Below, piece by piece: positions 42,637-58,509 of a stretch of 64,000 nucleotides of DNA (its first letter is position 1; every line of letters begins with the position of its first letter). The notes beneath the pieces were generated by a model that worked only from the letters and a program-made list of their open reading frames with translations, was not told the origin of the DNA and ran no database searches. Source of the stretch: Eledone cirrhosa (taxonomy: Eukaryota); assembly GCA_964016885.1 (NCBI GenBank), contig OZ024751.1, positions 47,058,001 through 47,122,000 of the forward strand, in the 5' to 3' direction. The translations under genes and the position numbers were made by a program.

Positions 42637-43810
42637 GAGTGTGAGTCTGTGTGTGTGTATGTGTGTGTAGGTGAGTGTGTATGTGTGTATGTGTGTGTAG
42701 GTGAGTATTTGTGTCTGTCTGTATGTGTGTGTAGGTGAGTGTCTGTGTGTGTATGCGAGTGTGTCTGTGTCTGTGTGTATGTGTCTGTATATGTGTGTGA
42801 GTGTAGGTGAGTGTGTCTGTAGGTGAGTGCGTATGTGAGTCTGTGTGTGTAGGTGAGTGTCTGTGTATGTGTGTATGTATGTGAGTGTGTCTGTGTCTGT
42901 GTGTATGTGTGTGTGTGTGTAGGTGAGTGTCTGTGTATGAGTGTATGTGCATGTGTCTATATGTGTGTGTGTAGGTGAGTGTGTCTGTGTGTGTGTATGT
43001 GAGTGTCTGTGTATGGGTGTATGTGTATGTCTATATGTGTGTGTGTGTGAGTCTGTGTCTGTATGTGTGTGTAGGTGAGTGTCTGTGTATGTGTATGTGT
43101 ATGTGTCTATATGTGTGTGTGTATGAGTCTGTGTCTGTATGTGTGTGTAGGTGAGTGTCTGTGTACGTGTATGTGTATGTGTGTATGTGTATGTGTCTAT
43201 ATGTGTGTGTGTGTGAGTCTGTGTCTGTATGTGTGTGTAGGTGAGTGTCTGTGTATGTGTGTGTGTATGTGTATGTGTCTATATGTGTGTGTGTGTGAGT
43301 CTGTGTCTGTATGTGTGTGTAGGTGAGTGTCTGTGTATGTGTATGTGTGTGTAGGTGAGTGTCTGTGTATGTGTGTGTGTATGTGTATGTGTCTATATGT
43401 GTGTGTGTGTGAGAGTCTGTGTCTGTATGTGTGTGTAGGTGAGTGTCTGTGTATGTGTATGTGTGTATGTGTCTATATGTGTGTGTGTGTGAGTCTGTGT
43501 CTGTATGTGTGTGTAGGTGAGTGTCTGTGTCTGTGTATGTGTGTATGTGTGTATATGTGTGTGTGTGAGAGTCTGTGTCTGTATGTGTGTGTAGGTGAGT
43601 GTCTGTGTATGTGTATGGGTGTATGTGTCTATATGTGTGTGTGTGTGAGTCTGTGTCTGTATGTGTGTGTAGGTGAGTGTCTGTGTATGTGTATGTGTGT
43701 ATGTGTATGTCTATATGTGTGTGTGTGTGAGTCTGTGTCTGTATGTGTGTGTAGGTGAGTGTATGTGTATGTGTGTGTAGGTGAGTGTATGTGTATGTGT
43801 ATGTGTGTCT
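42635..43810. repeat. (TG)-derived minisatellite with GTAGGTGAGT marker
   Basis: Direct inspection. Confidence 0.9.
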
Positions 43811-43929
43811 GTTTACAGAGGTATAAGATTTCTTCAAGTTACTCAATCACGTTCTTTACACCAAATTCTGATTGTAAAGTATTTATCATTCGTTTTACCG
43901 TTGTCTTATACAGTTAAATTTCATTTCAA

Positions 43930-43984
<55 letters not shown>

Positions 43985-44147
43985 GGTGGTGGTGGTGGTG
44001 GTGGTGGTGGTAGTGGTAGTAGTAGTAGTAATTGTTGGCAGACGTCTGCCAAGAAGGTTATTTCTGACAGTACCTGTGTGACCTTTACCTTGGCTAATCC
44101 CTGGCCGCAATAGGAAGGGACTAATTGTAAACCCTCACTCTTTAGAG

Positions 44148-44333
44148 CAAGTTTTCCCAAACATTTTCAAACACAGAACCCTTTTTTTGTTCAGAAACTT
44201 TTGGGCAACCCCTAAGTCTAATACTGTTATATGGTCATAATATAAATATACTCCTCTACCTTTTTTCACGGAACCCCCATACACTCTTTTGCTGAACCCT
44301 AGGGTTCCGTGGAACCCACGTTAGGAATCACTG
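44148..44333. mobile_element. hAT (Charlie-like) MITE with 8-bp TSD
   Basis: Imperfect TIRs CAAGTTTTCCCAA / TTAGGAATCACTG; CTTTAGAG duplicated at 44140-44147 and 44334-44341. Confidence 0.85.
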
Positions 44334-44588
44334 CTTTAGAGGATTCAAGAAGTAAGACCTTACTTCTTACCTCTGTTAAAAACCTTACTTCCATCCTTCT
44401 ATATCTCTTTCCTTGCGTGATATGGGTTTGTTTTTTGTTTCTTTTGGCTCCCACACAAAACCCAAGTATTTTTGTATTGAACTCGTTCTACTTGACTTAA
44501 TTTCACACCTATACAGCTATAGGATACCGTACATCACTGTATGAGGTCCATCACACCAGACGCTGAGTTCAGGGTCATTCTACTCCTA

Positions 44589-45033
44589 TATCTCTGTATC
44601 ACATGTTTGGCCTCCTTCAGGTCATCTTTGTACCACATGTTTAGCCTCCTTCAGGTCATCTCTGTATCACATGTTTGGCCTCCTTCAGGTCATCTTTGTA
44701 CCACATGTTTAGCCTCCTTCAGGTCATCTCTGTACCGCATGTTTGGCATCCTTCTGTCCATCTCTGTACCGCATGTTTGGCCTCCTTCAGGTCATCTTTG
44801 TACCACATGTTTGGCATCCTTCTGTCCATCTCTGTACCGCATGTTTGGCCTCCTTCAGGTCATCTTTGTACCACATGTTTAGCCTCCTTCAGGTCATGTC
44901 TCTACCGCATGTTTGGCCTTCTTCATGTCATCTGTGTACCGCATGTTTGGCCTCCTTCAGGTCATCTGTGTACCACATGTTTAGCCTCCTTCAGGTCATC
45001 TCTGTACCACATGTTTGGCCTCCTTCATGTCAT
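44589..45033. repeat. 34-bp minisatellite, about 13 copies
   Basis: CATCTCTGTACCACATGTTTGGCCTCCTTCAGGT, no spacers. Confidence 0.9.
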
Positions 45034-45380
45034 TTTTATTAACGATATAAATTTTTTTTTTTCAAAAGCCATTGCTAGGAAGCAGTTTTAATGGTCTCCC
45101 TCAAAGTATGATCCGCCAATTTCAATGCACTTGCTGTAGTACCCCAGCCACTTCTGGAAAGGCCCAAAGCGAAGGTGTCCTAGGCGCTTGTCACCACAAC
45201 CTCCCTCATCCCCCCCCCCACACACACCATCAAAGCGGATACCACTGAGGTTCTCTTTCATAATTTATGGTAACGACTTTTGTAAGGATAAAAGACAAAA
45301 TTCTCATCTAATGGAAGTATGGGATTCGAACTCATAACCTATAACAAATAGACCCTTGGTTGTCGATATCTGGCCATATT

Positions 45381-45412
<32 letters not shown>

Positions 45413-45792
45413 TGCGGCACCCAGCTATCTCCCCATCCTATTCCATCCTTTATCTTTCACACAACAACAGCAGCAACAACAATGGCGCTAATAATGGTAG
45501 TCACCTGTTTTCTATGAAAACATTGCTTGTGAAAAGTTTGAAAAGAATTTTTTTTATTCGAAATAACATTTAAATAACTTTAGCTTTCGACATGGTGAAC
45601 AAGAGAATGGCGACTAGGGCGGAGCAATGGCGGAGCAATGGCGGATTTTGTTTCATTTTCGTTGCGTTGTCTTCATTAATATTATTGTTATTGTTGTTAT
45701 TATTATTATCATTATTATTATTGTAAAATTTTAGGGAAGGAGGGAGAGGTATGAAAGAAAGGAAAATGAAGGATATAAATATTATACATATA

Positions 45793-46127
<335 letters not shown>

Positions 46128-46165
46128 GTATGTGTATATATATACATATATAATATATGTATGTA

Positions 46166-46343
<178 letters not shown>

Positions 46344-46356
46344 CATATATATATAC

Positions 46357-46388
<32 letters not shown>

Positions 46389-46989
46389 GGCGGCTGCCAA
46401 CTCGTTTTCGAGTACGGCCACTACTTTATATCCATGTAGGAGAACCCCTACCGATGCGCTGAATGAGTGTGACTTTTGAGTCCAGCCAGCGACTTGATAA
46501 CTCTGGTACAAACACTACACTTGTGACAATTATTGACACATAGTCCTGGGCCCATGGTACCATGTGACAAGTGCAGAGATCTCCAGATATAAAGCAATGC
46601 CTGTGCCATGAAGCTTTTATAGTGAGCAAAGGCATTGCACAGAGCCAGTCCCACTCTCTTAACCAAGATGATATTTACCAAAAAGTAGAACAAGTCAACA
46701 TCATTGGATACCATCAGGGTTGCAGGTGTTATATCAGAGTTTTCCTTCTCCTAGAATTCTGCCTTGACAAAGGCTAAGGGGTCGTCTCTCCCGGTGATTT
46801 TGGATGGCCATTGACTCTTAAGAGCTCCTTTGCCCTTTGACAGGTTTTGTTTTTAGTCCTGCAGGATGTCCAAAGTCACCCTCCTCACCAAGAAACCTTG
46901 GTGGGGTTGCCAGTTTAGTCGCCAACGACCCGACCATGAAACAGGTTGTACTGGGATACATGTTACCAGTAGCACCAACTGGTGACCTG

Positions 46990-48260
<1,271 letters not shown>

Positions 48261-48570
48261 ATAGAGAGAGAGAGAGATGTGTGTGTATATATGTGTGTAT
48301 ATATATGTGTGTGCATGTGTGTGGTGGTAATGATAATAAGAGATATTTCGTGAAGGGATGGAGGGGGGAGAGGTGTTTGTGAGGTGGGAGATAATATTTG
48401 AAAAACCATTTGAAACGAGGAAACGAAATTAGTGAATATTAATTAGTAAATAAATGAGAGGAAAAGAGGGGACGGGTGAAAGGGTGGGAGAGATGGAGTA
48501 ATAATAATAATAGAAGAAGAAGAAGAAGAAGAAGAAGAAGAAGAAGAAGAAGAAGAAGAAGAAGAAGAAG

Positions 48571-48603
<33 letters not shown>

Positions 48604-48679
48604 TGGAAAGCTATAGAGACCCGCAATAACAACAACAGTAATAACAAGAATATCAGTTAATAATAACAATTAAGAGTTA

Positions 48680-48730
<51 letters not shown>

Positions 48731-48756
48731 GCTGATACTACTACTGCTGCTGATGA

Positions 48757-48806
<50 letters not shown>

Positions 48807-49167
48807 TAGTCACAGCGATATGAATGCAAGAGTAACAAATATGAGGAACATTGTCTAAATAGAAAATGGACAGAAAAGAGGCTGGAAGACAAAAAGTGAG
48901 ACAAAAAAGGTGAAACATTTGTCAAGATTTGCTGCTCTTGGTTGGTTCTGCCTGTAGGGGGAGCTATGTTTGAACAGATGATGAAAGTTTTATTCTATTT
49001 TATTCGTTGAATTAACTCTATAAATAGATTGATAGATAGAGAAGATAAGTAGATAGATAGGTAGATAGATAGGTAGATAGATAGATAGATACATAGATAG
49101 ATGGATAGATAGATAGATAAACAGACGGATAGATAGATAGTTATAGATAGATAGATAGAGAAGATAA

Positions 49168-49272
<105 letters not shown>

Positions 49273-49620
49273 CTACTTATTTTCCTGGTTTAACTTCTTC
49301 CTCCTCATCCTCTTCCATCTTTTACCATCCACATCACTTCCCCAAGCTCTAGAATATTCTTTAGCTTATCTCCTTAATCTTCACCACCTACCCAGCCATC
49401 TTCGATTGTATATATGAGTACGTCTGTGTATGTAAGAGTGTGAGTGTGTGTGTGTACCAGTGTGTACCAGTGTGTGTGATGTATGAGAAGGTGTTGTGGG
49501 AAGGCGGTAAGGGTGCAAAGAAAGCGAAGTGTCATTGAATTGGTGGCAACACAATGACCGGTGGATTCACAATATCACTAACCGAACACTTGTCTTCAGA
49601 CTGGTCAAACAATCCCCGCT

Positions 49621-49657
<37 letters not shown>

Positions 49658-49807
49658 CACCTTCTTTCTCTGTCGCTCTCTCTCTCTCACATAAACACAC
49701 ACACACACTCTCTCTCTCTCTCTGTCGCTCTCTGGCAACGGAACCGGTCGGGAATAGCGTAGAAAGAACCAAAGTATATTCTAGAACAATAGCCCAATAT
49801 ATAAATT

Positions 49808-49867
<60 letters not shown>

Positions 49868-50029
49868 TTAATACGTGCATAGTGTTCAGAAAAAATGTAA
49901 AGGAAATGAGCTAACTATCTGATCGCTTTTCTGATTATATGAAATAGATTTTAACTGAGAAACATCCCTGGAACAAACACTGCAAAGTATCCCGTCCGAA
50001 TCCTTAACAATTCAGCCTCTCCATGTCCC

Positions 50030-50490
50030 AGACTGGTCTTTATTTATCAACCTCAAAAGAATGAAATGCAGAGTTGAACTCGGTGGGATTTGAACTCAGA
50101 ACCCACAGAGAGCCAATCAAATATGGTGGCCTTTGATCAGGCGATTTAAAGATTATGTCTTTGGTGGGATTTGATCTCAGAATACAGAGAGCCAGATCAA
50201 ATATGGTGGCATTTGATCAGACGTTTTAACAACTATGACCTCGATGTGATTTGATCTCAGAATCCAGCGAGCCAGAACAAATATGGTGACCTTTGATCAA
50301 ACGATTTAAAGACTATGTTCTTGGTGGGATTTGAACTCTGAACCCAGAGAGCCAGAACAAATATGGTAGCCTTTGATCATACGCTCTGTCGATTATGACC
50401 TCGGTTGGATTTGAACTCAGAACCTGGAGAGAGCCAGATCAAATATAGTGGCCTTTGATCAGACGTTTTAACGACTATACCAATTCGCCG
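50030..50490 (-). repeat. SINE with five tandem 80-bp amplifications of its head
   Basis: GATTTGA(A/T)CTC at about 50088, 50168, 50248, 50328 and 50408. Confidence 0.85.
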
Positions 50491-51446
50491 CTTATCAAAC
50501 GACATTCACATTTTTCATGTATAAAAAATATCTTTGGCACATTGACACATTCGCGAAATGTATTTAGTATTTGTTAGACAGTTGGAAATGTGTGAGTTGG
50601 TATACGATGCTGTTGCACCCCTTCTCAAATGGGCTAACCACACAGTCCCATTATACATCTAAGATGTACTTCCAACCCCAACTGGCACTAAGAATCGGAC
50701 GTTCCTAAAAAAGCTTGCAGATGTCTGACGAAATCTGGCCGTATTGCCCCCTGTCAAGGCATAGACGGCCACCAGTAAGAAGGCACCATATTCGCCACTG
50801 CCCACAGGTAATATCATTAACCAACCAGCCACTAGAGCCTAGGAAGATCGTCCTGACTTCAAGACCGAAGATTTTCTGAAACAACGCTTCTAACCCACCA
50901 TTCATTCTCATCAAACTTTAAGAAGCGAAACTCTCAGAATCGTCGAAAATGGACGCATTAACGTGTATCCCGGAAAATAACATACAATGATGATGATAAT
51001 GATGATGATGATGATATTATTATCATTAAGAAACCATTATTATTATTATTATTATTATTATACAATAATAATAACGCATAATAAATCATATAAACAAAGA
51101 GGAAGTTTACAAACACACACAAACACAAACAGAGAGAGAGAGAGAGAGGGGGGAGAAAGAGAGGGAGAGAAAAATAAGAAAAAAGAAGCAGAAGAACTCC
51201 GCCTTTAAAAACCATAAAAAGCGAAAACGTGAACAATAACTATTACCGCAACAACAAAACAAAAAGAAAGGCAGACATGACATAAATTTAAAATATCGGA
51301 AGAGAAATGTATAAGGACAAATTTATAGACATAAATATAAAGGCTGTGATATTAGTTTACGTTTCACTGCATTTTATTGCGATCATCAGAGAAAAGAAAA
51401 TTTGGCATTTGTTAATTTTGTTATTGGTGTGTTTTGCGTTGTGCTG

Positions 51447-51503
<57 letters not shown>

Positions 51504-51699
51504 TATATATATATGTATGCATATGCTTATATATATATATATATTTGGGTGTGTGTGTGTGTATAGTATTTATATTAACATTTGTTTCTTAACCCCCGCA
51601 TTAGATCAATTGGAGTTCATTTCTCCAAGGTCTTCAACCGTCGAAATGGACTTAGGCAGTTTCGACTCCTACCAAAGGTACTGCTGGTCCATTACATTT

Positions 51700-52046
<347 letters not shown>

Positions 52047-52145
52047 TCCATTCCTGCTTTTCCATTATTGTCGGTGTTTATATTCTTCCGCGAATTTCTT
52101 TACCTTTTTCTATGTTACTCACACACACACACAAACATATGTGTG

Positions 52146-52193
<48 letters not shown>

Positions 52194-52469
52194 AACATAG
52201 AACTATCTCAAATAACTCTCAGAATTGACCAAAGAGAAGATTGCAATAAAGTACTTTAAATTAAAGAAACCTTAAAAGCCTCACCCCAGGGGTAAACTTC
52301 TTCTCAAGCGGCCTACATATACAGGGTTTAACAAATTGCTCCACTTACTGCAGTTTCACAACCGTAACACAATTTGCACTGAAATCACAAGGACTTCAAA
52401 AGGTCAACTGGTGAGAAGGGACTGCTCTGTTTTGTCCGTTTGCCGTTGTCTTCGGAAATATATATATAT

Positions 52470-52625
52470 ACAATGATATTAAATATATGGAAACTATATT
52501 TATAAAACCATATTTATTCTATTATATATATTTCAAGCGTACCAAAATTTTGGTACCCTTGAAATATATATAATAGAATAAATATGGTTTTATAAATATA
52601 GTTTCCATTTATTTAATATCATTGT
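52470..52625. mobile_element. Family B fold-back copy centred on HHR stem II
   Basis: TTTC-AAGCGTACCAAAATTTTGGTACCCTT-GAAA. Confidence 0.85.
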
Positions 52626-52747
52626 TTATTATACTTTAGAAAACATGTCGAGTGCTCTGAATCAGTTATACACATTTATATTTGTTGAATTACCAACAAA
52701 TTGAATATCCCTTCTGCTTATATACACACACACACACACATATATAT

Positions 52748-52888
52748 GAGTCCAAAAATAGACGTCGAAAGGGCTTGAGTTCTGCCGTCGGGGTTAAACA
52801 TTTTCCTATTACTCACTCTACTACCCTAAGTATTGAGTACTCTGGTGCGTTATGGTCCATCTGGTTCCTTACCACACTTCCTTCGTTA
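52748..52888 (+). mobile_element. Family A copy truncated in the stem II loop
   Basis: Homologous to 10490-10626. Confidence 0.8.
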
Positions 52889-52911
52889 TATATATATATA
52901 TATATATATAT

Positions 52912-53262
52912 TAGTAAAAAGGAAAAGAAAATGCTGACAAATTTTTCCCAGTGAAAAATAGTTTAATTAGGAATAAGTATAAATTAGTAATAAGTATTAG
53001 TTAGTATTCAGTTTTAGTTTTAAGTGTTTACCGGTTGCTTTTCAAAAATAATTCACTCTGTCTCAAAATTATTTTTGAAAAGCATTAGAAATGCGCAACC
53101 GGTAAAAACTTAAAACTAAAACTGAATACCAACTAATACTTATTACTAGCTATACTTATTCCTAATTAAACTATTTTTCACTGGGAAAAATTTGTCAGCA
53201 TTTTCTTTTCCTTTTTATTTATATATTTATTTATCACAACTCGTGTGTCACACCTCTATTTT
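52912..53262. mobile_element. Family E fold-back copy
   Basis: Arms flank about 53055; variant core TTGAAAA...GCAACCGGTA at about 53072-53108. Confidence 0.8.
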
Positions 53263-53311
<49 letters not shown>

Positions 53312-53313
53312 TG

Positions 53314-53347
<34 letters not shown>

Positions 53348-53456
53348 TGTATATATACACATAGTATAGTGAGAAACGAACACATCTGTTCGTTTTTGTT
53401 TTGAACCGTTAGTACAGGCATCTTTATTTTAAATGTATATATATATATATATATAT

Positions 53457-53745
53457 AAGCTTGAAACTAGTACAGTGTTCCTTTGTCAGTGTTGAACAAA
53501 CGAGCAACGATGGTTGCTGGACTCTACGGCTTAATACGGGATGTTTGTTTACAAACACACCGAGCATTGTAATAGATGTTCGGTGAATCCATACGTACAT
53601 ATATATATGTGTGCATGTATGTATGTATATATATATACATACTACTGTACGTTTGTATACATATATGTATGTACGTGTACATACATTTATAACTAAGTAA
53701 CAGCCGTACTAAGAGTGGGGAATGAAATTTCGTTTCATTTTTTCC

Positions 53746-53749
<4 letters not shown>
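53457..53749 (+). mobile_element. Family F copy starting inside HHR stem II
   Basis: Begins AAGCTTGAAACTAGTACAG and reads through the unit junction into the 24774-24880 sequence. Confidence 0.85.
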
Positions 53750-53802
<53 letters not shown>

Positions 53803-53839
53803 ACCTGCCAGGACACTTATATATATATATATATATATA

Positions 53840-54183
53840 TTTAAAAGAATAGAGGTGTAACACACGAGTTGTGATATATTGGTAAAAGGAAAAGAAAATG
53901 CTGACGAATTTTTCCCAGTGAAAAATAGTTTAATTAGGAATAAGTATAAATTAGTAATAAGTATTGGTTAGTATTCAGTTTTAGTTTTAAGTGTTTACCG
54001 GTTGCGCATTTCTAATGCTTTTCAAAAATAATTTTGAGACAGCGCGCCCGTGATGTTTGCTCTAATCTGATCAGTTTTGGAAATTCTTCCTGTTTTATGT
54101 GAAAAAAGTGGCTCCAGAGGTATTAAGATTTGGTTGGTTGTTGAATGTCACGTGAATGAGTACTATAAATTTCGCGCCAATTC

Positions 54184-54185
<2 letters not shown>
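53840..54185 (-). mobile_element. Family E linear copy extending past the fold-back points
   Basis: Homologous to 30926-31165, then continues GATCAGTTTTGG... Confidence 0.8.
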
Positions 54186-54232
<47 letters not shown>

Positions 54233-54338
54233 TCTGTGTGTGTGTATGTTAAATTCGTAGCAAACATTTCATTTGGGGAACTATTTAACACAGTTCTCCA
54301 GTAGTAGTAGTAGTAGTAGTAGCAGTAGCAGTAGTAGC

Positions 54339-54385
<47 letters not shown>

Positions 54386-55267
54386 AAGTAGTAGTAGTAG
54401 CAGAAGTAGTAGTAGTAGTAGTAGTGGTAGTTGTTGTTGTTGTTGTTATTGTATGTACTTGAATATATCGGTAACTTTTCGCAAGGTGTTGCACTTTCGT
54501 TTCCTCCACTCACCACCCCCACCCAGGCCTCTCAACCAGCCCCCACCGACACCCCACCCACCCTCCTTTATACACAATAGGCACCGTAACCAACAACGGC
54601 TCTCCTCCGCAAACACCCCATTCTACCCCCCCCCCCCCCCCCCCCCCCACCTCCACCAACACCACCATCACACTATCGCTACTCCCACCAACACCACCAT
54701 CACACCATCGCCACTCCCACCAGCACCACCACTACAAGTACCAACACCCCCCACCCACACTCACCCACCCCACCAACACCACCATCACACTATCGCCACT
54801 CCCACCAACACCACCATCACACCATCGCCACTCCCACCACCACCACCACTACAAGTACCAACACCCCCCACCCACACTCACACCCCACCAACACCACCAT
54901 CACAATATCGCCACTCACACCACCACCACTACAAGTACCAACAACACCCCACCCCACCCACTCCCACCAACACCACCATCACACTATCGCCACTCCCACC
55001 AACACAAACAACACTATAACTAACAACGAAACCAAACCACTATTATTAACACCAACACTTGTACCAAAACCATCACCAGCATCTTCATCACTCTGTCCTT
55101 CTCTCTTTCTCTCCCTCTCTCTCTCTCTCTCTCTGTATATATATATATTATATATATATGTATATGTGTGTGTCTGTGTGTGTAAGGTATGTATATATAA
55201 GTACATACATACACACATTCGAAAATGCATAGACACATATATATGTGTATATGATATATATATATAT

Positions 55268-55462
55268 ATAGGAACGAGTAGGACCCCGACGGCTGAGCTC
55301 AAGCCGTTTCGACGGCTAATTCTGGACTAAAGAATTAGCCGACGAAACGGCTTGAGCTCAGCCGTCGGGGTCCTACTCGTTCCTATTACCCACTCTACTA
55401 CCCTAAGTATTGAGTACTTTGGTGCGTTATGGTCCACCTGGTTCCTTACCACATTTCCTTCG

Positions 55463-55465
<3 letters not shown>
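55268..55465 (+). mobile_element. Family A fold-back copy
   Basis: Near-identical to 10432-10626. Confidence 0.85.
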
Positions 55466-55506
<41 letters not shown>

Positions 55507-55530
55507 TACATGCACATTTTCACATACGTA

Positions 55531-55579
<49 letters not shown>

Positions 55580-55618
55580 ATGTATATATATATATGTGTG
55601 TATATATATATATATGTG

Positions 55619-55662
<44 letters not shown>

Positions 55663-55949
55663 GCGTCTTTCGTAGCCTCACATGCATTTTACCCTTCTAT
55701 CGTCCACACTTTCTCTCTCTCTCTCTCTCTTATGCTCAGCTTTCCTCGGACTCCCTTCACCTTCTCTTCTCAGCCCTCCCTACCCCAGGCACCACCCCCT
55801 GCTGCAAACCACCCGCAAGAACCACCCCCCGTCTCCTTCTGAAGACTCTCCCACCCACACTTGCTTCTGTTCATCCACTCCATTGTTAACCACTAGCTGA
55901 AAAACAACGGGTCGCCCTTCCTATCATAATTGCCTTTCGGCAGGGGATA

Positions 55950-55952
55950 AAT

Positions 55953-56013
<61 letters not shown>

Positions 56014-56795
56014 ACACACACACACACATACACTCATGCACACAATACACGCATACACACACACACTCATGCACACATTACACGCACAGGCACTATACGC
56101 ATACACACACACACACACGCTCACACACACACGTAACACTCACGTACACACACACACATGGACACACACACACACTCATGCACACATTACACGGACAGGC
56201 ACTATACGCATACACACACACACTCACACGCACACGTAACACTCACGTACACACACACTCATGCACACATTACACGCACAGGCACTATACGCATACACAC
56301 ACACACACACACGCACATATACACCACCTACAAATAGACACACGCACACTACATACATATACAAGCACATACACACATAGACACACAGTGAAGCACATAG
56401 ACATATGCACACACAGTCACACACATAAACATACAAACACTCACATATACACACAGACTTACACATAAACAAACATACACACGTATATACGCACACATAC
56501 ACAAACATACACACGCATATACACAGACATGCACATAAATTAATATATACACACACATACACACACATATACACACACATAAACACATACATATATACAC
56601 ACATGCACACATATACACACATAAACACACACACACACACATATACACACATAAACACACACACATATATACACACATACACACACATAAACAAACACAC
56701 ACACACATATACACATCATAAACAAACACACATATATACACACAGATACACACACACATATACACACACGCATATATACCCACACACATACACAT
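55950..56795. repeat. (CA)n-derived repeat
   Basis: Direct inspection. Confidence 0.9.
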
Positions 56796-57589
56796 GCAAA
56801 CCAAAATTAATACTAATAATTAAATAAATAAGAATAAAACTAAAAATAATTTTAACAAATCAGTAAAAAAAAATGGATAAATATTAACGAAAACCAAATA
56901 AAAAAAAACATCCCCCCCCCCGGGGGCCACCACACACCCTTCACCCCCCTCCTCGTGTATCCCACCCCCCAAAAAAGTAACCAGTCAGCCTCCCTTCACC
57001 CCGGTCTTGCACGTGCGATGTACGCTCTTGACGATGTAAAGCGCTCTGTTGGTGTGGGTGGCGATGAGAGGTGTGTGTGGTATCGGTGGTGGGGTGGTGG
57101 CGATGAGAGGTGTGTGTGGTATCGGTAGTGAGGTGGTGGCGATGAGAGGTGTGTGTGTGTGGTGGGGGTGAGAGGTGTGTGTGTGGTGGTGGTGGCGAGA
57201 TAGAGAGGCAAGTGGTACAAGAAGTTGAGGTGTGGGGGGGGGGGGGGGTAGAGAGGGGACGGCACATCATTCTACTTCTACCCCCTCCTCTCATCTACCA
57301 ACCTACCACACTAAAGATTTAAAAAACCCTAACGAACAACACCAACTACCAAACAAAAATACAACGCTGTCTTTTTATTTATTTTTTACCAATCTCGTTC
57401 ACCCCTCACTCCCTTCATTTTGTTCTCTCTCTCTCTGCTCTCTCTGTCTCTCTCCCGGTGTCTTTCGCTTTCTTTCTGATTTAACTATTATATATATATA
57501 TATATATATATACATACAGACATATTTATGTATATATGTATATATATATACGTATACTTGTGTGTATGTATATACATATATATATATAT

Positions 57590-58046
57590 GCAAAAGTTCT
57601 ATTTAAATTGTTGGGATACAACAAGTAAATATTTTTATAACTGATATAAAGCACTCGACAAGTATTTGGAGTAGATATACGATATTAATAAATGGAAACT
57701 ATATTTATAAAACCATATTTATTTCATTATACATATTTCAAGGATACCAAGTTAAATTATGGTATGCCTTCATCAGACAAAATACAATATATATCAGTTT
57801 TACAAATAAGCATTGTAATTGTCCTTAACACTAAGACTTACTAATATAATATAAACAAACCACTATCCTGATGTCCTCCAAAAGTAATGGTCGCATTTTG
57901 AAAGGGTACGTCAATGCTTATTTGTAAAACTGATATATATTGTATTTTGTCTGATGAAGGCATACCATAATTTAACTTGGTATCCTTGAAATATGTATAA
58001 TGAAATAAATATGGTTTTATAAATATAGTTTCCATTTATTAATATC

Positions 58047-58050
<4 letters not shown>
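57590..58050. mobile_element. Family B element with inverted duplication of about 140 bp; HHRs at 57720-57784 (minus) and 57943-58007 (plus)
   Basis: TATTTTGT-CTGATGA-AGGCATACCA...TGGTATCCTT-GAAA-TATGTA-TA-ATGAAATA; arms 57675-57815 and 57912-58052. Confidence 0.85.
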
Positions 58051-58088
<38 letters not shown>

Positions 58089-58509
58089 TAATCCACAGGA
58101 CGACCGATTGAACAGAGATTTGGAGACTAGAAATAGGTAGTAATCTAACCACTATCATGCTATTCGATACATCGATTTCCATCGATCAATTGATCCTCTG
58201 AAACGATCGTAAAACAATGAACTGACTATCTATCTATACCTGACTTCTGTTTTTTTTTTATTGGTCTATGCACACACACACATAAATATATATATTTGTT
58301 ATCTGCCAAAAAGAATAGGGTTTATAGAAAAAAAAATTAATTTAATAATTTCTTGATTACAATATCTGTATTCTTTCTAAAGATGTTTAAATCCTTGATT
58401 TTTCTTCAGCTTGACCTTCTAACTCCGGCCATAACCAGATTTCATTTTATACTCATTTGAATAAGATTAAAATAATTTTCTTGCATAATTTTTAATACTT
58501 ATCAAACAT

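Noticed and set aside
42635-43810. Repeated GTGAGT splice-donor-like motifs
   Set aside because: Part of a minisatellite unit with no associated exons
44589-45033. Possible CRISPR array or repeat-protein (zinc-finger-like) ORF
   Set aside because: 34-bp unit with no spacers and not a multiple of three
52328-52398. Further hammerhead on the minus strand (GAAA-CTGCAG-TA)
   Set aside because: The CUGANGA core is not intact and the stems are unconvincing
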